The position numbers and the translations under genes were made by a program. Positions 19,248 to 28,697 of a stretch of 46,115 nt of DNA are shown one piece after another; position 1 is the stretch's first letter; every line of letters begins with the position of its first letter. Under the pieces are notes generated by a model, which was not told where the DNA came from, did not search any database, and was given only the letters and a program-made list of their open reading frames with translations. This DNA is from a bacterium (lineage in GTDB: Bacteria; Bacillota; Clostridia; Christensenellales; SUG1161), in assembly GCA_029006015.1 (NCBI GenBank), contig JAQXFY010000066.1, positions 1-46,115 of the forward strand. The letters run 5' to 3'.

Positions 19248-19437
19248 TATGCAAGATACGCCATAAGCCGCAAGGCAGGGCCATGGCGCCTGCGCGGTGC
19301 GCATGGCTTTTGCAAAGGGCATATATATGCCCGCATAGCCCGTTTATACGCAACAAAAGCGCTTCTCTGGGGCCGCCCTGTACGGGGCCCCTTAGAAAGC
19401 GCTTTTTCTATTGGGCATGCCATATCCTGCTGCCTGT

Positions 19438-19908
19438 TCATTCCGCCGTTTTGCGTTTGATGAGTTTTGCCACGCAGACAGGGCCGTCTTTTTCCTGCCC
19501 TGCCAGGGTGAAACCACACTTTTTGATATAAAAATCCAGATTTTGTTGCTTGTCAGCCGGTGTAATCAGCTCGATCTGCCTCCAGTTTGGGTAAAGCTGC
19601 TCAAGCTTGGCTATGGCCTGTGTGCCGATGCCTTTGCCTTGATAGGCGGGCAGCACGCATAAGCAGCCAAGATAAATCATGCCGTTGCCCCGATCCTGTG
19701 CTGAAAGCACCCCTACCGGTTTTCCTTCATACAAAAGGATGGCCTTGGGATACCGCTGGATAGAAGCTTCCATTTGCGCTTTTCCTCTGCCGTAAGCAGG
19801 GCAATGGCCATACCGCAAAAAATCGCAATAGAAGGCGGCGTTATAAATTTGTATCAGCAGTTCCGCATCCTGGCGCTGGGCGAAACGGTATGTGATGTTG
19901 GCTTCCAT
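19438..19908 (-). CDS. GNAT family N-acetyltransferase
   Basis: CVLPAYQGKGIG acetyl-CoA motif; NLDFYIKKCGF. Confidence 0.9.
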   Translation of the reverse strand: MEANITYRFAQRQDAELLIQIYNAAFYCDFLRYGHCPAYGRGKAQMEASIQRYPKAILLYEGKPVGVLSAQDRGNGMIYLGCLCVLPAYQGKGIGTQAIAKLEQLYPNWRQIELITPADKQQNLDFYIKKCGFTLAGQEKDGPVCVAKLIKRKTAE

Positions 19909-20042
19909 TTTTCAGCCCCCTGCCGGTTGATGGTAAATGCTGCGTTGTGGGTGTGCCCCATAAAAGGCGGCGGCCGCAGCAGGATAGGCCCTGTTGAATG
20001 GGCATTTTTTGTAAAAGGGAAGCCAAACACTGCGGCTTGCGA

Positions 20043-20080
20043 TAAAAAATCGGAGCAAGCCTTGTAAAGCTTGCTCCGAC
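20043..20080 (-). terminator. Terminator after tRNA-Val
   Basis: TCGGAGCAAGC/GCTTGCTCCGA stem followed by a T-run on the minus strand. Confidence 0.8.
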
Positions 20081-20081
20081 T

Positions 20082-20157
20082 TGGTGGTCTGTACTGGACT
20101 CGAACCAGTGACCCCATCGATGTGAACGATGTGCGCTACCAACTGCGCTAACAGACC
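20082..20157 (-). tRNA. tRNA-Val (anticodon CAC)
   Basis: Reverse complement GGTCTGTTAGCGCAGTTGGTAGCGCACATCGTTCACATCGATGGGGTCACTGGTTCGAGTCCAGTACAGACCACCA folds as a cloverleaf with anticodon loop TTCACAT, TTCGA T-loop and encoded CCA. Confidence 0.97.
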
Positions 20158-20176
20158 GCAACCTGCAACGCGGAAT

Positions 20177-20205
20177 ATCATATCATATTTCCCCCCGCAT
20201 TGCAA
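20177..20205 (-). promoter_or_regulatory. Sigma-A promoter of tRNA-Val
   Basis: Minus strand TTGCAA-N17-TATGAT. Confidence 0.75.
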
Positions 20206-20311
20206 GATGGAGGCAAAGAATTTTTGCCTGCGGATGCAAGATGGCCGGCCTGGCAATCAAAATCCCGGTATGGCAGCCATACCGGGAAGGGCGATATCCG
20301 GATGGCACCGC

Positions 20312-21409
20312 TCAATCACCTTTGGCCACATCATCATCCGAAAGGGCAAGCGGGGCATCGCGCAGGGCGTCCATGGGTTTGGCCCGCCCGCGGATGCCGA
20401 CGGTAGCATCGGTAAAGACGATAACCGCCCCAACCGTCAGAACAAAAAAGTAGGTGAAAAAGCGCCACAGCAGCATGGCGGAAAAGGCGGCTGCATGGAA
20501 AATGGAACGAAACATCATGGAAAAAGCCCCCTCCGATGCGCCGGAGGCGCCGGGGGTTGGGAAATAACTGGTAGCCAGATTTAAAAGCAGGGCAGCGGCG
20601 GTAAGTTCGCCCCAGCCGATTTCCGTCAGGCCAAAGGCGCGGTATAAGCAGCCCACCACCAGGTAGTAGCCCGCCATTTCCCCGATGGAGGATAGAATAA
20701 GGGGAATCAGCATGCGGGGCTGCTTGTTCAGGGTATCAAGCGCGCGCTGCATGTTGGTAGATGCCGTGGAAATGCTGGTGATGGCGTTTTCAGGATGCTT
20801 AAGGATGCGCCATTTGGCCAGCCGGCCCACTGCCCATAAGCACAGGCGCTTTAGCATATCCACCCGCCGGCTAAGGGCAATGATGATAAGGGGCAGCCCA
20901 ACGGCGATGATAAAGCCCAACACCGCAGCCCAAAACAGCAGCGGGTTTTGCGCCTTCAGATGGCCGCCGTAATAGATAAAGCCGATGATGCAGAAAAAAC
21001 CCAGCACCAGCTCGTACATCACATATTTAAGGATGAGCGCTGCTGCGGAGGCCGCACTGTCCGCCCCCTGCAGGTGCATATAATAAATTTGAAAGGGCTG
21101 CCCGCCGCCGCCAAAGGGCGTAATGGCATTATAATATTTCCCCATCAAACCGATGCGCAGGCTCTTTTTAAAATCGATGGTATCCCCGCATAGCGGGCGC
21201 GCGCACAAATAGCAGCTGACGCATCCAAAGAACAGGTACGCCAGAATGCTCAGCCCGCACATCACCAGCCAAAGCGGCTTGAGGGAAGCCAATGCGGACC
21301 AGATCTGGGTAATGGAATCATCCGTCAGGGCAATAACCAGAAGGACAATGACATTAAGTGCCAGATATAAAATGGAAAGCCATTTCTTTTTTGGACGCTG
21401 ATTGGCCAT
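20312..21409 (-). CDS. Lysylphosphatidylglycerol synthase TM / flippase-like membrane protein (UPF0104-type)
   Basis: YYNAITPFGGGGQPFQ, FPTPGASGASE, LLWRFFTY; multiple TM segments. Confidence 0.88.
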   Translation of the reverse strand: MANQRPKKKWLSILYLALNVIVLLVIALTDDSITQIWSALASLKPLWLVMCGLSILAYLFFGCVSCYLCARPLCGDTIDFKKSLRIGLMGKYYNAITPFGGGGQPFQIYYMHLQGADSAASAAALILKYVMYELVLGFFCIIGFIYYGGHLKAQNPLLFWAAVLGFIIAVGLPLIIIALSRRVDMLKRLCLWAVGRLAKWRILKHPENAITSISTASTNMQRALDTLNKQPRMLIPLILSSIGEMAGYYLVVGCLYRAFGLTEIGWGELTAAALLLNLATSYFPTPGASGASEGAFSMMFRSIFHAAAFSAMLLWRFFTYFFVLTVGAVIVFTDATVGIRGRAKPMDALRDAPLALSDDDVAKGD

Positions 21410-21465
21410 ATGTCTCCTTCCGTGAGTGGGCTGCACCATCCAAGCAATATGTCCACACGCGGCTT

Positions 21466-21494
21466 ATTATACGTCGGCCAGGGGGGCCGGTCAA
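21466..21494 (-). promoter_or_regulatory. Sigma-A promoter
   Basis: Minus strand TTGACC-N17-TATAAT. Confidence 0.8.
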
Positions 21495-21642
21495 GGCAGC
21501 GGGGACAGTGGCATGCCGGATCAACCGGGGTGGCTGCCTATTTAATAGGATGCCTGGCTGCCCAGCCGTTTTATTAAACAAAAAAGCATGGGGCGGATTT
21601 TCCGTATTTGTTGAAAAATTTGAGTTGCTGGAGAAAACTCTC

Positions 21643-21671
21643 TTGACGGTGACGCCCAAAACCGTCATAAT
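21643..21671 (+). promoter_or_regulatory. Sigma-A promoter of the ABC operon with an overlapping palindrome
   Basis: TTGACG-N17-CATAAT; TGACGGT-N10-ACCGTCA at 21644-21667. Confidence 0.7.
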
Positions 21672-21737
21672 AGGCAGGATGACTGAATAATGGAATAAAC
21701 TGTGTCATTAACGAGCGAAACGATGCTGAGGTGTATC

Positions 21738-24173
21738 ATGACGGACGAACCCATCAAACAAAATGCGCCTTCCCCGCGGCTGGAGGATATTCCTGATTTT
21801 GCCTGGGAAGCGTTGCAGGGGCATGGCATCGAGCGGGGCAGCGTGTTGTTTGCCGCCCGGGCCGATCGCTTTGCCGATGGCGGATATGGCGAGGTTGTGC
21901 TTTTCCAGACCGGGCAGGCGCTGCATGTGCTAAAAGGCGTCAATACCGCGCGCAAGGTGCTTGTCTTTGGCTCCTCCGCCGTGCGGATGACGCGCAAGGC
22001 CAAGCAGGCGCTGCGCCGCCGGCTGCGCATGGAAAAACGCCTCAAGGCCCAGGGCAAACCCGTGCCGGAGCCCGAGCGCCCGGAGCAGGAGCCCATGGCG
22101 TTTGAAGAAAAAAACTTTGAAAGCTATCCGCTGGAAAGCTTTGAAAAAATGGAAATGATCGATGCCGTGTCCGGCGGAATGATCGCCCTCCAGCAAAGCC
22201 GGGGCGAGGGCAAAGTGGTGTGCATGTTTACCAACCACCGGCGCGGCGTGTTGCACCGCTATGTCCAGTTGGTGGGCAAGCTTAAAGACGGTAAAACCCT
22301 GACGGATGAAGATTTTGCCCGGCATGACCGCAAGCGCTGCTGCCCCAAGTGCGGCCTGCCTTACCCGCAGGAAGGGCGGCAGATCTGCCCCCGCTGCGTG
22401 GATAACCGCAACGTGTTTATGCGGCTGCTGTCGCAGCTGCCCCGGTATAAATGGCGGGTTGGCCTTGTGGTGTTATGTATGGTAGCCACAGCCTGCCTGG
22501 GCCTGCTTTCCCCCATCCTCAGCGGGCGCATCCTGTTTGACGAGGTGCTGACGCAGGGGGGCAAATATTATGGCATGGTATGGCAGCTTATCCTGGTTAT
22601 GTTCCTGGCGCGGGCGCTGAGTGTGGCGCTTAATATCGCCTATGGCCGCCTGAACGCGGGGCTGGTCAGCGATATCGCGTATGATTTAAGGGTTCAGATC
22701 TTTGGCGCCATGCAGCGCCTGTCGCTGGCGTTTTTCAGCCGCCAGCAGACCGGCCGCCTGATGACCCGCGTCAATGATGACCCGGTGGAAATCGAATATT
22801 TTTTCCATGAAGGCGTGCCGCTGGTGCTGGTAAACGGCGTTACCTTTATCGGCGTGGTTATCATTGCCTTTTTAAACAACTGGCAGCTGGCGTTGTGCGC
22901 CATCGTGCCGGTGCCCATTGCTTACTTCTTTTTAAGAAAGCTTTATCCCGTGCTGGACAGGCTGTATTACAAGCGCTACCGGCGCAACTCCTCCTTAAAT
23001 AACCTGATAAACGATACCCTGCGCGGTACGCGCGTGGTCAAGGCTTTCGGGCGGGAGGAGCGCGAGGTTAAGCGTTTTACCGGGCGCAACCGTGCGCTGC
23101 TGAACATGGATATTCAGCTGGGCAACACGCTGCGCACGGCCTATCCGTTCTTTAACCTGCTGATCCAGTTTTCCAGTGTGGTCATCTGGTTTGTTGGCGG
23201 CGCCATGATTATCAAGCCCGGCTCCTCCTTTACCTATGGCCAGCTGGTGACGTTTGCTTCGCTTTTTGGCATGATGATCGCCCCGCTGGAATCGTTGTGC
23301 GATATCCCCGCCTGGTGGAGTTATTGCATGAACGCCGCCCAGCGCATGTACGAGGTGATCGATGCCGATAGCGAGGTGCCTTATCCCGCCAATCCCAAGC
23401 CGTTGGAGGACATGAAGGGCGAGGTTACCTTTAAGGATGTCACCTTCTCCTACGAGCAGGGCAAGCCCATTTTAAAGGATATCTCCCTGCATGTGGAAGC
23501 CGGGCATATGCTGGGCATCGTGGGGCGTTCGGGCGCGGGCAAAACCACGCTGATAAACGTGCTCCAGCGCCTGTATGATGTCGATTCGGGCAGCGTGTCC
23601 ATCGATGGCATCGATGTGCGCGATATCAAGCCGGAACACCTGCGCGGCCAGATCGGCGTGGTATCCCAGGAAACCTTTATTTTCCGCGGCACGATAGCCG
23701 AAAATATCGCCTATGCACACCCCGATTGCACGCGCGAGGATATTGTCCGTGCGGCGCGCACGGCTGGCGCACACGATTTTATCATGCGCTTGCCCGAGGG
23801 GTACGATACCATGGTGGGCCATGGCGGGCGCGATCTGTCGGGCGGCGAACGCCAGCGCGTTTCCATCGCCCGCGCCATTTTGCATAACCCACGCATCCTC
23901 ATTCTGGACGAGGCAACCTCCGCCGTGGATACGGCAACCGAGAAAGCCATTCAGGAAGCCATCGAGGCGCTGTCCGTTGGGCGTACGGTCATTTCCATCG
24001 CCCACCGCCTGTCCACGCTGCGCAATGCCGACAGCTTGGTGGTGGTGGAGGATGGCAAAATCGTGGAATCGGGCACGCATGTGGAGCTTATCCGCAAGAA
24101 GGGCACTTATTTCAAACTGGTACAACAGCAAAGCGTGGCTTTGCGCTTAAAAGGGGTGGAGAACCTTGGCTAA
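21738..24173 (+). CDS. ABC transporter, fused TMD-NBD, with N-terminal extension and zinc ribbon
   Basis: About 200 aa soluble N-domain, CPKC-x11-CPRC, TMD, GRSGAGKTT, LSGGE, ILILDEATS, IAHRLST; ATG 21738 after GAGGTG. Confidence 0.93.
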   Translation: MTDEPIKQNAPSPRLEDIPDFAWEALQGHGIERGSVLFAARADRFADGGYGEVVLFQTGQALHVLKGVNTARKVLVFGSSAVRMTRKAKQALRRRLRMEKRLKAQGKPVPEPERPEQEPMAFEEKNFESYPLESFEKMEMIDAVSGGMIALQQSRGEGKVVCMFTNHRRGVLHRYVQLVGKLKDGKTLTDEDFARHDRKRCCPKCGLPYPQEGRQICPRCVDNRNVFMRLLSQLPRYKWRVGLVVLCMVATACLGLLSPILSGRILFDEVLTQGGKYYGMVWQLILVMFLARALSVALNIAYGRLNAGLVSDIAYDLRVQIFGAMQRLSLAFFSRQQTGRLMTRVNDDPVEIEYFFHEGVPLVLVNGVTFIGVVIIAFLNNWQLALCAIVPVPIAYFFLRKLYPVLDRLYYKRYRRNSSLNNLINDTLRGTRVVKAFGREEREVKRFTGRNRALLNMDIQLGNTLRTAYPFFNLLIQFSSVVIWFVGGAMIIKPGSSFTYGQLVTFASLFGMMIAPLESLCDIPAWWSYCMNAAQRMYEVIDADSEVPYPANPKPLEDMKGEVTFKDVTFSYEQGKPILKDISLHVEAGHMLGIVGRSGAGKTTLINVLQRLYDVDSGSVSIDGIDVRDIKPEHLRGQIGVVSQETFIFRGTIAENIAYAHPDCTREDIVRAARTAGAHDFIMRLPEGYDTMVGHGGRDLSGGERQRVSIARAILHNPRILILDEATSAVDTATEKAIQEAIEALSVGRTVISIAHRLSTLRNADSLVVVEDGKIVESGTHVELIRKKGTYFKLVQQQSVALRLKGVENLG

Positions 24174-24711
24174 GGAAGTAAATCAGACAACCGGCAGCAC
24201 CGCGCTGGACAGCATGGGCTCGTTTGCCACCATCGATTACGTCACGCGGCAGGATACAAGCTTTGCCCGGACGGAGGGCGGCTTTGTCAGCATGAAGCGG
24301 GGGGATAAGTGGTACCCGCGCGTGCTTTTTTACCGTGCTTTTCCCTACACCTATCGGGACGAGTTTATCTCCGTGCGCGATATCGATATGAACGAGCTGG
24401 GCATGATCCGTGCGCTGATCGATTTTTCCAAGGAAGAACAGGAAATGATCCTGGATCAGATCGAGCTGCGCTATTTTTCCCCGCGCATTACGTCCATCCG
24501 GCAGGCCAAGGAAGAGTTTGGCTATGTCTACTGGGATGTGACCACAACGGCCGGCCCCTGCCGCTTTACATCGCGCAACGGCCACGGCTCCATCGTGCAC
24601 ATCACGCAAAACCAGGTGGTGGTTATCGATGTCGATGGCAACCGCTTCGAGATTGAGGACCTGACCAAGCTTGATCCCAAGGATGTTAAGAAACTGGAAT
24701 TGTTCCTGTAA
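24166..24711 (+). CDS. DUF1854-like protein
   Basis: RAFPYT..DEFISVRD...ELGMI, ELRYFSPRITSI, YVYWDVTT..G, IDVDGNRFEI.D; TTG start overlapping the previous stop. Confidence 0.82.
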   Translation: MAKEVNQTTGSTALDSMGSFATIDYVTRQDTSFARTEGGFVSMKRGDKWYPRVLFYRAFPYTYRDEFISVRDIDMNELGMIRALIDFSKEEQEMILDQIELRYFSPRITSIRQAKEEFGYVYWDVTTTAGPCRFTSRNGHGSIVHITQNQVVVIDVDGNRFEIEDLTKLDPKDVKKLELFL

Positions 24712-24729
24712 CAGGGTTTGAGGTGTAAC

Positions 24730-26976
24730 ATGAATTTATTGCAGACGCCGCCCGAAAGCCAGAAACAGGCGCTGGATGCCGCGCTGGCGGGCGAGGCGCT
24801 TCTTGAATGCCTGCCATGCGATATCGGTGTGGATGGTAAGCTGGGCCAGGGCGTGATCGCCGTCACACCCACACGCATTCTGCGCATATGGGAAGGCGCG
24901 CTGGAGAGCGCTTTTGACTTGGCCGATTTTACCCAGATCAATGCCCGCGCCATGATCGGCAACGGCATCTTTGAGGGGCAGAACAAAGCAGGCGAGCCGG
25001 TGCTGTTCGGGCGCTTTTCCATGTACCAGGTGCCCCGTTATATGCAGCTGGCGCGCGTGGTCACCCGCCGCATCCAAAAGCTGCCGCCCCCGCCGGACAG
25101 CAAGCTGGAGGACAGGCGCTGCCCCAAATGCGGCCGCATGCTGCCGCGCAACATGCGCATTTGCCCCAGCTGTATCGATAGGGGCAAGATGCTGAAAAAA
25201 CTCATGTCCCTGTCCAAGCCGTATTGGGGCGTGCTGCTGCTTGCGGTTTTTCTGATGATGCTGGGCAATGTGGTATCGCTTTTATCGCCCTATGTTTCGC
25301 GTTATATGGTGGATAATTTGCTGGTACCGCGCACGGGTTCCATGGCGCTGCTGGCCGGATTGTGCGGATTGATGTTTAGCATGACGCTGGCGGGCACCAT
25401 CATCAATATTTTCCGTGGTCGCATGATGGTGCGCCTGGGCGCGCGTTTATCGGGCGATTTGCGTACGATGGTCTACACCAAAATACAGGCGATGAGCCTG
25501 GGCTATATGAACACCCACCGCACGGGCGATTTGATGAACCGCATCACGGGGGATACCAACCGCATTAAAAACTTTATCGAACAGCAGATGCCCATGGTGC
25601 TGAACACCGTAATCATGCTGATTGCCCTGGTGGTTATCCTGTTTACGTTTGATTGGCGCTTTGCCATCCTGGTTATCATCCCGGTGCCCGTTTCGGTTGG
25701 CATTCTGCGCCTGTTTAACAAGCGCACGCACCGCATGTACCATGCCCAGTGGCGCCTGTCGGATAAGGCCAATTCCCTTTTGCAGGATATCCTGTCCGGC
25801 ATACGGGTGGTTAAAAGCTTTGGTAAGGAGCAGCAGGAGGTTGGGCGTTATGCCATCGCCTGCCGCCGCATGGCCGATAAAACCAAGCGGAACGAGCGCA
25901 TGTTTAATACGCTTTATCCCCTGGTCGGCCTGCTGATGGGCCTGGGCAACTTTTTTGTTATGTACTATGGCAGCGTGTTGGTGCTGGGCGAGCAGATGTC
26001 CGTGGGCCAGCTGGTGCAGTATTCCACCTATGCAGGCATGCTGTTTGGGCCGCTCAATTACCTGACCAACATTCCGCGCTGGTTTGCGCAGACCATGACC
26101 AGCGCCGAGCGCGTCTACGAGGTGCTGGATGAGGAGCCGGAAATTGCCGATATCCAATCCCCGGAGCATGGGGAGATTAAAGGCCACGTCGTCTTTGATC
26201 ACGTTACCTTTGGGTACGAGGCATATGAGCCCGTGCTTCACGATGTTTCGCTGGAGGTGCAGCCCGGCGAGATCATCGGCCTGGTGGGCGCATCCGGCAG
26301 CGGCAAATCGACGCTGACCAACCTGGTGCTTCGCCTGTATGATGTGCAGGAGGGGCAGCTTACCATCGACGGTGTGGATATCCGCAACCTGGCCATGGAC
26401 GACCTGCGCCGCCAGATCGGCGTGGTATTGCAGGAAAACTTCCTGTTTGCCGGTTCTATCTTTGAAAATATCCGCTACGCCAAGCCGGACGCTACGCCGG
26501 AGGAAGTCATTCGGGCGGCAAAAATCGCCAACGCACACGATTTTATTACCAAGTTCCCCGATGGCTATGATACCATCGTGGGCGAAAACGGGCAGAAGCT
26601 GTCCGGCGGGGAGCGCCAGCGCGTGGCCATTGCGCGCGCCATTCTGCACAACCCGCGCATCCTGATTTTGGATGAGGCAACGGCTTCGCTGGATACGGAA
26701 ACCGAAAAGCTGATTCAGGATGCCCTGCAACAGCTGATGAAGGGGCGCACGGTGTTTGCCATTGCCCACCGCCTGTCCACCCTGAAAAACGCCAACCGGC
26801 TTGTGGTGCTGGATAAGGGCCGCATTGCGGAAATGGGCCCGCATGACGAGCTGCTGCGCCAAAAGGGCATCTATTATCATCTGGTTATGATGCAGCGCCA
26901 GCTGGGCCGCATGCGCGGGCCCAATGCCGATGATACGGCGCGCCCGGCGGGGGATGTGGCGCCGGAGGCCAAATAA
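24730..26976 (+). CDS. Second ABC transporter, fused TMD-NBD, with N-terminal extension and zinc ribbon
   Basis: CPKC-x10-CPSC before the TMD; GASGSGKST, LSGGE, ILILDEATA, IAHRLST. Confidence 0.93.
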   Translation: MNLLQTPPESQKQALDAALAGEALLECLPCDIGVDGKLGQGVIAVTPTRILRIWEGALESAFDLADFTQINARAMIGNGIFEGQNKAGEPVLFGRFSMYQVPRYMQLARVVTRRIQKLPPPPDSKLEDRRCPKCGRMLPRNMRICPSCIDRGKMLKKLMSLSKPYWGVLLLAVFLMMLGNVVSLLSPYVSRYMVDNLLVPRTGSMALLAGLCGLMFSMTLAGTIINIFRGRMMVRLGARLSGDLRTMVYTKIQAMSLGYMNTHRTGDLMNRITGDTNRIKNFIEQQMPMVLNTVIMLIALVVILFTFDWRFAILVIIPVPVSVGILRLFNKRTHRMYHAQWRLSDKANSLLQDILSGIRVVKSFGKEQQEVGRYAIACRRMADKTKRNERMFNTLYPLVGLLMGLGNFFVMYYGSVLVLGEQMSVGQLVQYSTYAGMLFGPLNYLTNIPRWFAQTMTSAERVYEVLDEEPEIADIQSPEHGEIKGHVVFDHVTFGYEAYEPVLHDVSLEVQPGEIIGLVGASGSGKSTLTNLVLRLYDVQEGQLTIDGVDIRNLAMDDLRRQIGVVLQENFLFAGSIFENIRYAKPDATPEEVIRAAKIANAHDFITKFPDGYDTIVGENGQKLSGGERQRVAIARAILHNPRILILDEATASLDTETEKLIQDALQQLMKGRTVFAIAHRLSTLKNANRLVVLDKGRIAEMGPHDELLRQKGIYYHLVMMQRQLGRMRGPNADDTARPAGDVAPEAK

Positions 26977-27000
26977 AGCCTAATCTAACAAGGTATACGG

Positions 27001-27031
27001 AAAAGCCGGCGCCAATGGGCGCCGGCTTTTT
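27001..27031 (+). terminator. Intrinsic terminator of the ABC operon
   Basis: AAAAGCCGGCGCC-loop-GGCGCCGGCTTTTT. Confidence 0.85.
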
Positions 27032-27293
27032 GATTACAGGCAGCGTAACAAGCGGGAAAATTCTATAACCCTGCCGGATAAAAGGTCAAAGCAGAAAACG
27101 CGCCAAGATGGACAACGGGTACCCGCGACGGTCAGCAATCGCCCGGGGGCTGAGGGGAAAAAGGATGCCCCCCAGCCAAGGGCTGAGGGGCGTGCAATCC
27201 GCAGCAAAGCAGCCGGTTTGCTGCTGTTTGATAGGGATGCGGTGCCGGGTAATCAGGCAGCGCGCAGGGGGCCGCTTGTAAGCGTATGCCTGG

Positions 27294-28193
27294 TTAATCC
27301 ATCACTTCGTAAGCACCGCTATCCAACCCAACGGTTACCTGGCACATGGCATGGTAATCAACCCCGGCAGGCGTATAGCCTGTAAAGGTGATAAGCTGGG
27401 CCAATGCCAATTCCCCCTGGGAGGTATAGGTAATAAATTCATCCTTTACCGTTAAATCGATCCGGCCCAGTTCCTCCATGGCGGAAGCGATTTTTTGGCG
27501 TGCAGAGGCGGGGTTTACTGGCTTGCCTTGGGCGATGGCGGCATCATACCTGCCGTAATGGTAGGCGGTCATCATTTCCACGCTGCCGTCTAATCGCAAA
27601 GAAACATAGGCAACATCATCGGTTTTGATTCCATCAAGCGAACGATAGAACGAAACCAGCAGGGAATCCCCCATGGCGGAAGGCTCTACCTTTTCATACA
27701 CATAACCCGTTGTATCCTCCAGGGTTTGGTCGATAAAATCCTTGGCGATCTGTGCCGCCTGCTTGTGAGAGATACGGCTGTTATTGGGGGAAGGGTCAGA
27801 GGAAACAGAAAAATCGGCGTATCCGCATAAAATATCGGTTTGGTATAAAAACAAAAAATGACGTTCCGGGTTATCCTTATCGATGTAACAATCAAAAGCA
27901 TCGTAGCGATCGGCATCGCTTTTTAAAGGAAACCGGGTGCGGTTATCGCTGCTTTCATATTCTACCAATACACGCTTCCCTTGAAAGGAAACCCACTTCT
28001 GGTTTGCAGCCAAAGGCCGCTGGAAGGTGGCAAAGGCTTCAACGGTGGGCTGGGCGGCCTGGGTGGCCAATGCCGCCGTGCGGTTAAGATCGATATCATC
28101 CTCCCCTTGGGCCAGGGCGAAGACGGCGCCGCCAAAAGCGCCACATAGAATGAGCGAGCCGGAAAGAAGGAACAGTACTATTTTACATTTCAT
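27294..28193 (-). CDS. Hypothetical secreted or membrane-anchored protein with a PepSY/YcdB-like segment
   Basis: Signal-like N-terminus MKCKIVLFLLSGSLILC; ISHKQAAQIAKDFI resembles a PepSY helix; RBS AAGGAGG; more AT-rich than its flanks. Confidence 0.65.
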   Translation of the reverse strand: MKCKIVLFLLSGSLILCGAFGGAVFALAQGEDDIDLNRTAALATQAAQPTVEAFATFQRPLAANQKWVSFQGKRVLVEYESSDNRTRFPLKSDADRYDAFDCYIDKDNPERHFLFLYQTDILCGYADFSVSSDPSPNNSRISHKQAAQIAKDFIDQTLEDTTGYVYEKVEPSAMGDSLLVSFYRSLDGIKTDDVAYVSLRLDGSVEMMTAYHYGRYDAAIAQGKPVNPASARQKIASAMEELGRIDLTVKDEFITYTSQGELALAQLITFTGYTPAGVDYHAMCQVTVGLDSGAYEVMD

Positions 28194-28639
28194 GGTAGAA
28201 CCTCCTTGCCTCAGAGGAAAACTGCTGTTTGGCATGCTTCAAAGTTGATTCTACTTGGGGTGTGGGTGGATATCGCCACAATAGGTTGCGCCATGGACAA
28301 CGGTTACATGCTTGGGTTTTGCTTTGGGCAGGCAGCGGTGATATGGCAACCAAAACCAACCTTGATCGATAGCCCTCCCTCGGTATATGCAGGCAATAGG
28401 AGCTTTTTCAATGGATAGGGCTATATATCTATCTATACTATAGCATATGCTATGGTGGTCTGTAAAACGCAAAATGCAAAACAGAAAAATTTTTTCGATA
28501 TTTTTTGCCATGGGCTTTCTGCCGTGCCCCGCATGAGCTTTGCGTTGCCATGCTTCATGCAGCATGGCTGCGCGTTTTAAAAGCTATACATTTTTGCCCT
28601 TTGATCGGCTGCGCAAGGATTATTGGCCATGCAGCCTTT

Positions 28640-28669
28640 GTATGAGCGGGCTTTGCGCGGGGCATGATA
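28640..28669 (+). promoter_or_regulatory. Sigma-G-type (forespore) promoter
   Basis: GTATG-N18-CATGATA matches the GHATR-N18-CATXHTA consensus; lies upstream of spore genes. Confidence 0.65.
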
Positions 28670-28697
28670 ACCTCAAACCAATAAAGGAGGTTTTCGT

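Noticed and set aside
16655-20082. Possible genomic island integrated at tRNA-Val
   Set aside because: Accessory-looking genes lie 3' of the tRNA, but I saw no integrase and no duplicated tRNA 3' end.
27148-27190. GGCTGAGGGG twice around CCCCCCAGCC, allowing alternative hairpins
   Set aside because: It lies between convergent genes and is adequately explained as the minus-strand terminator of the 27294 gene.
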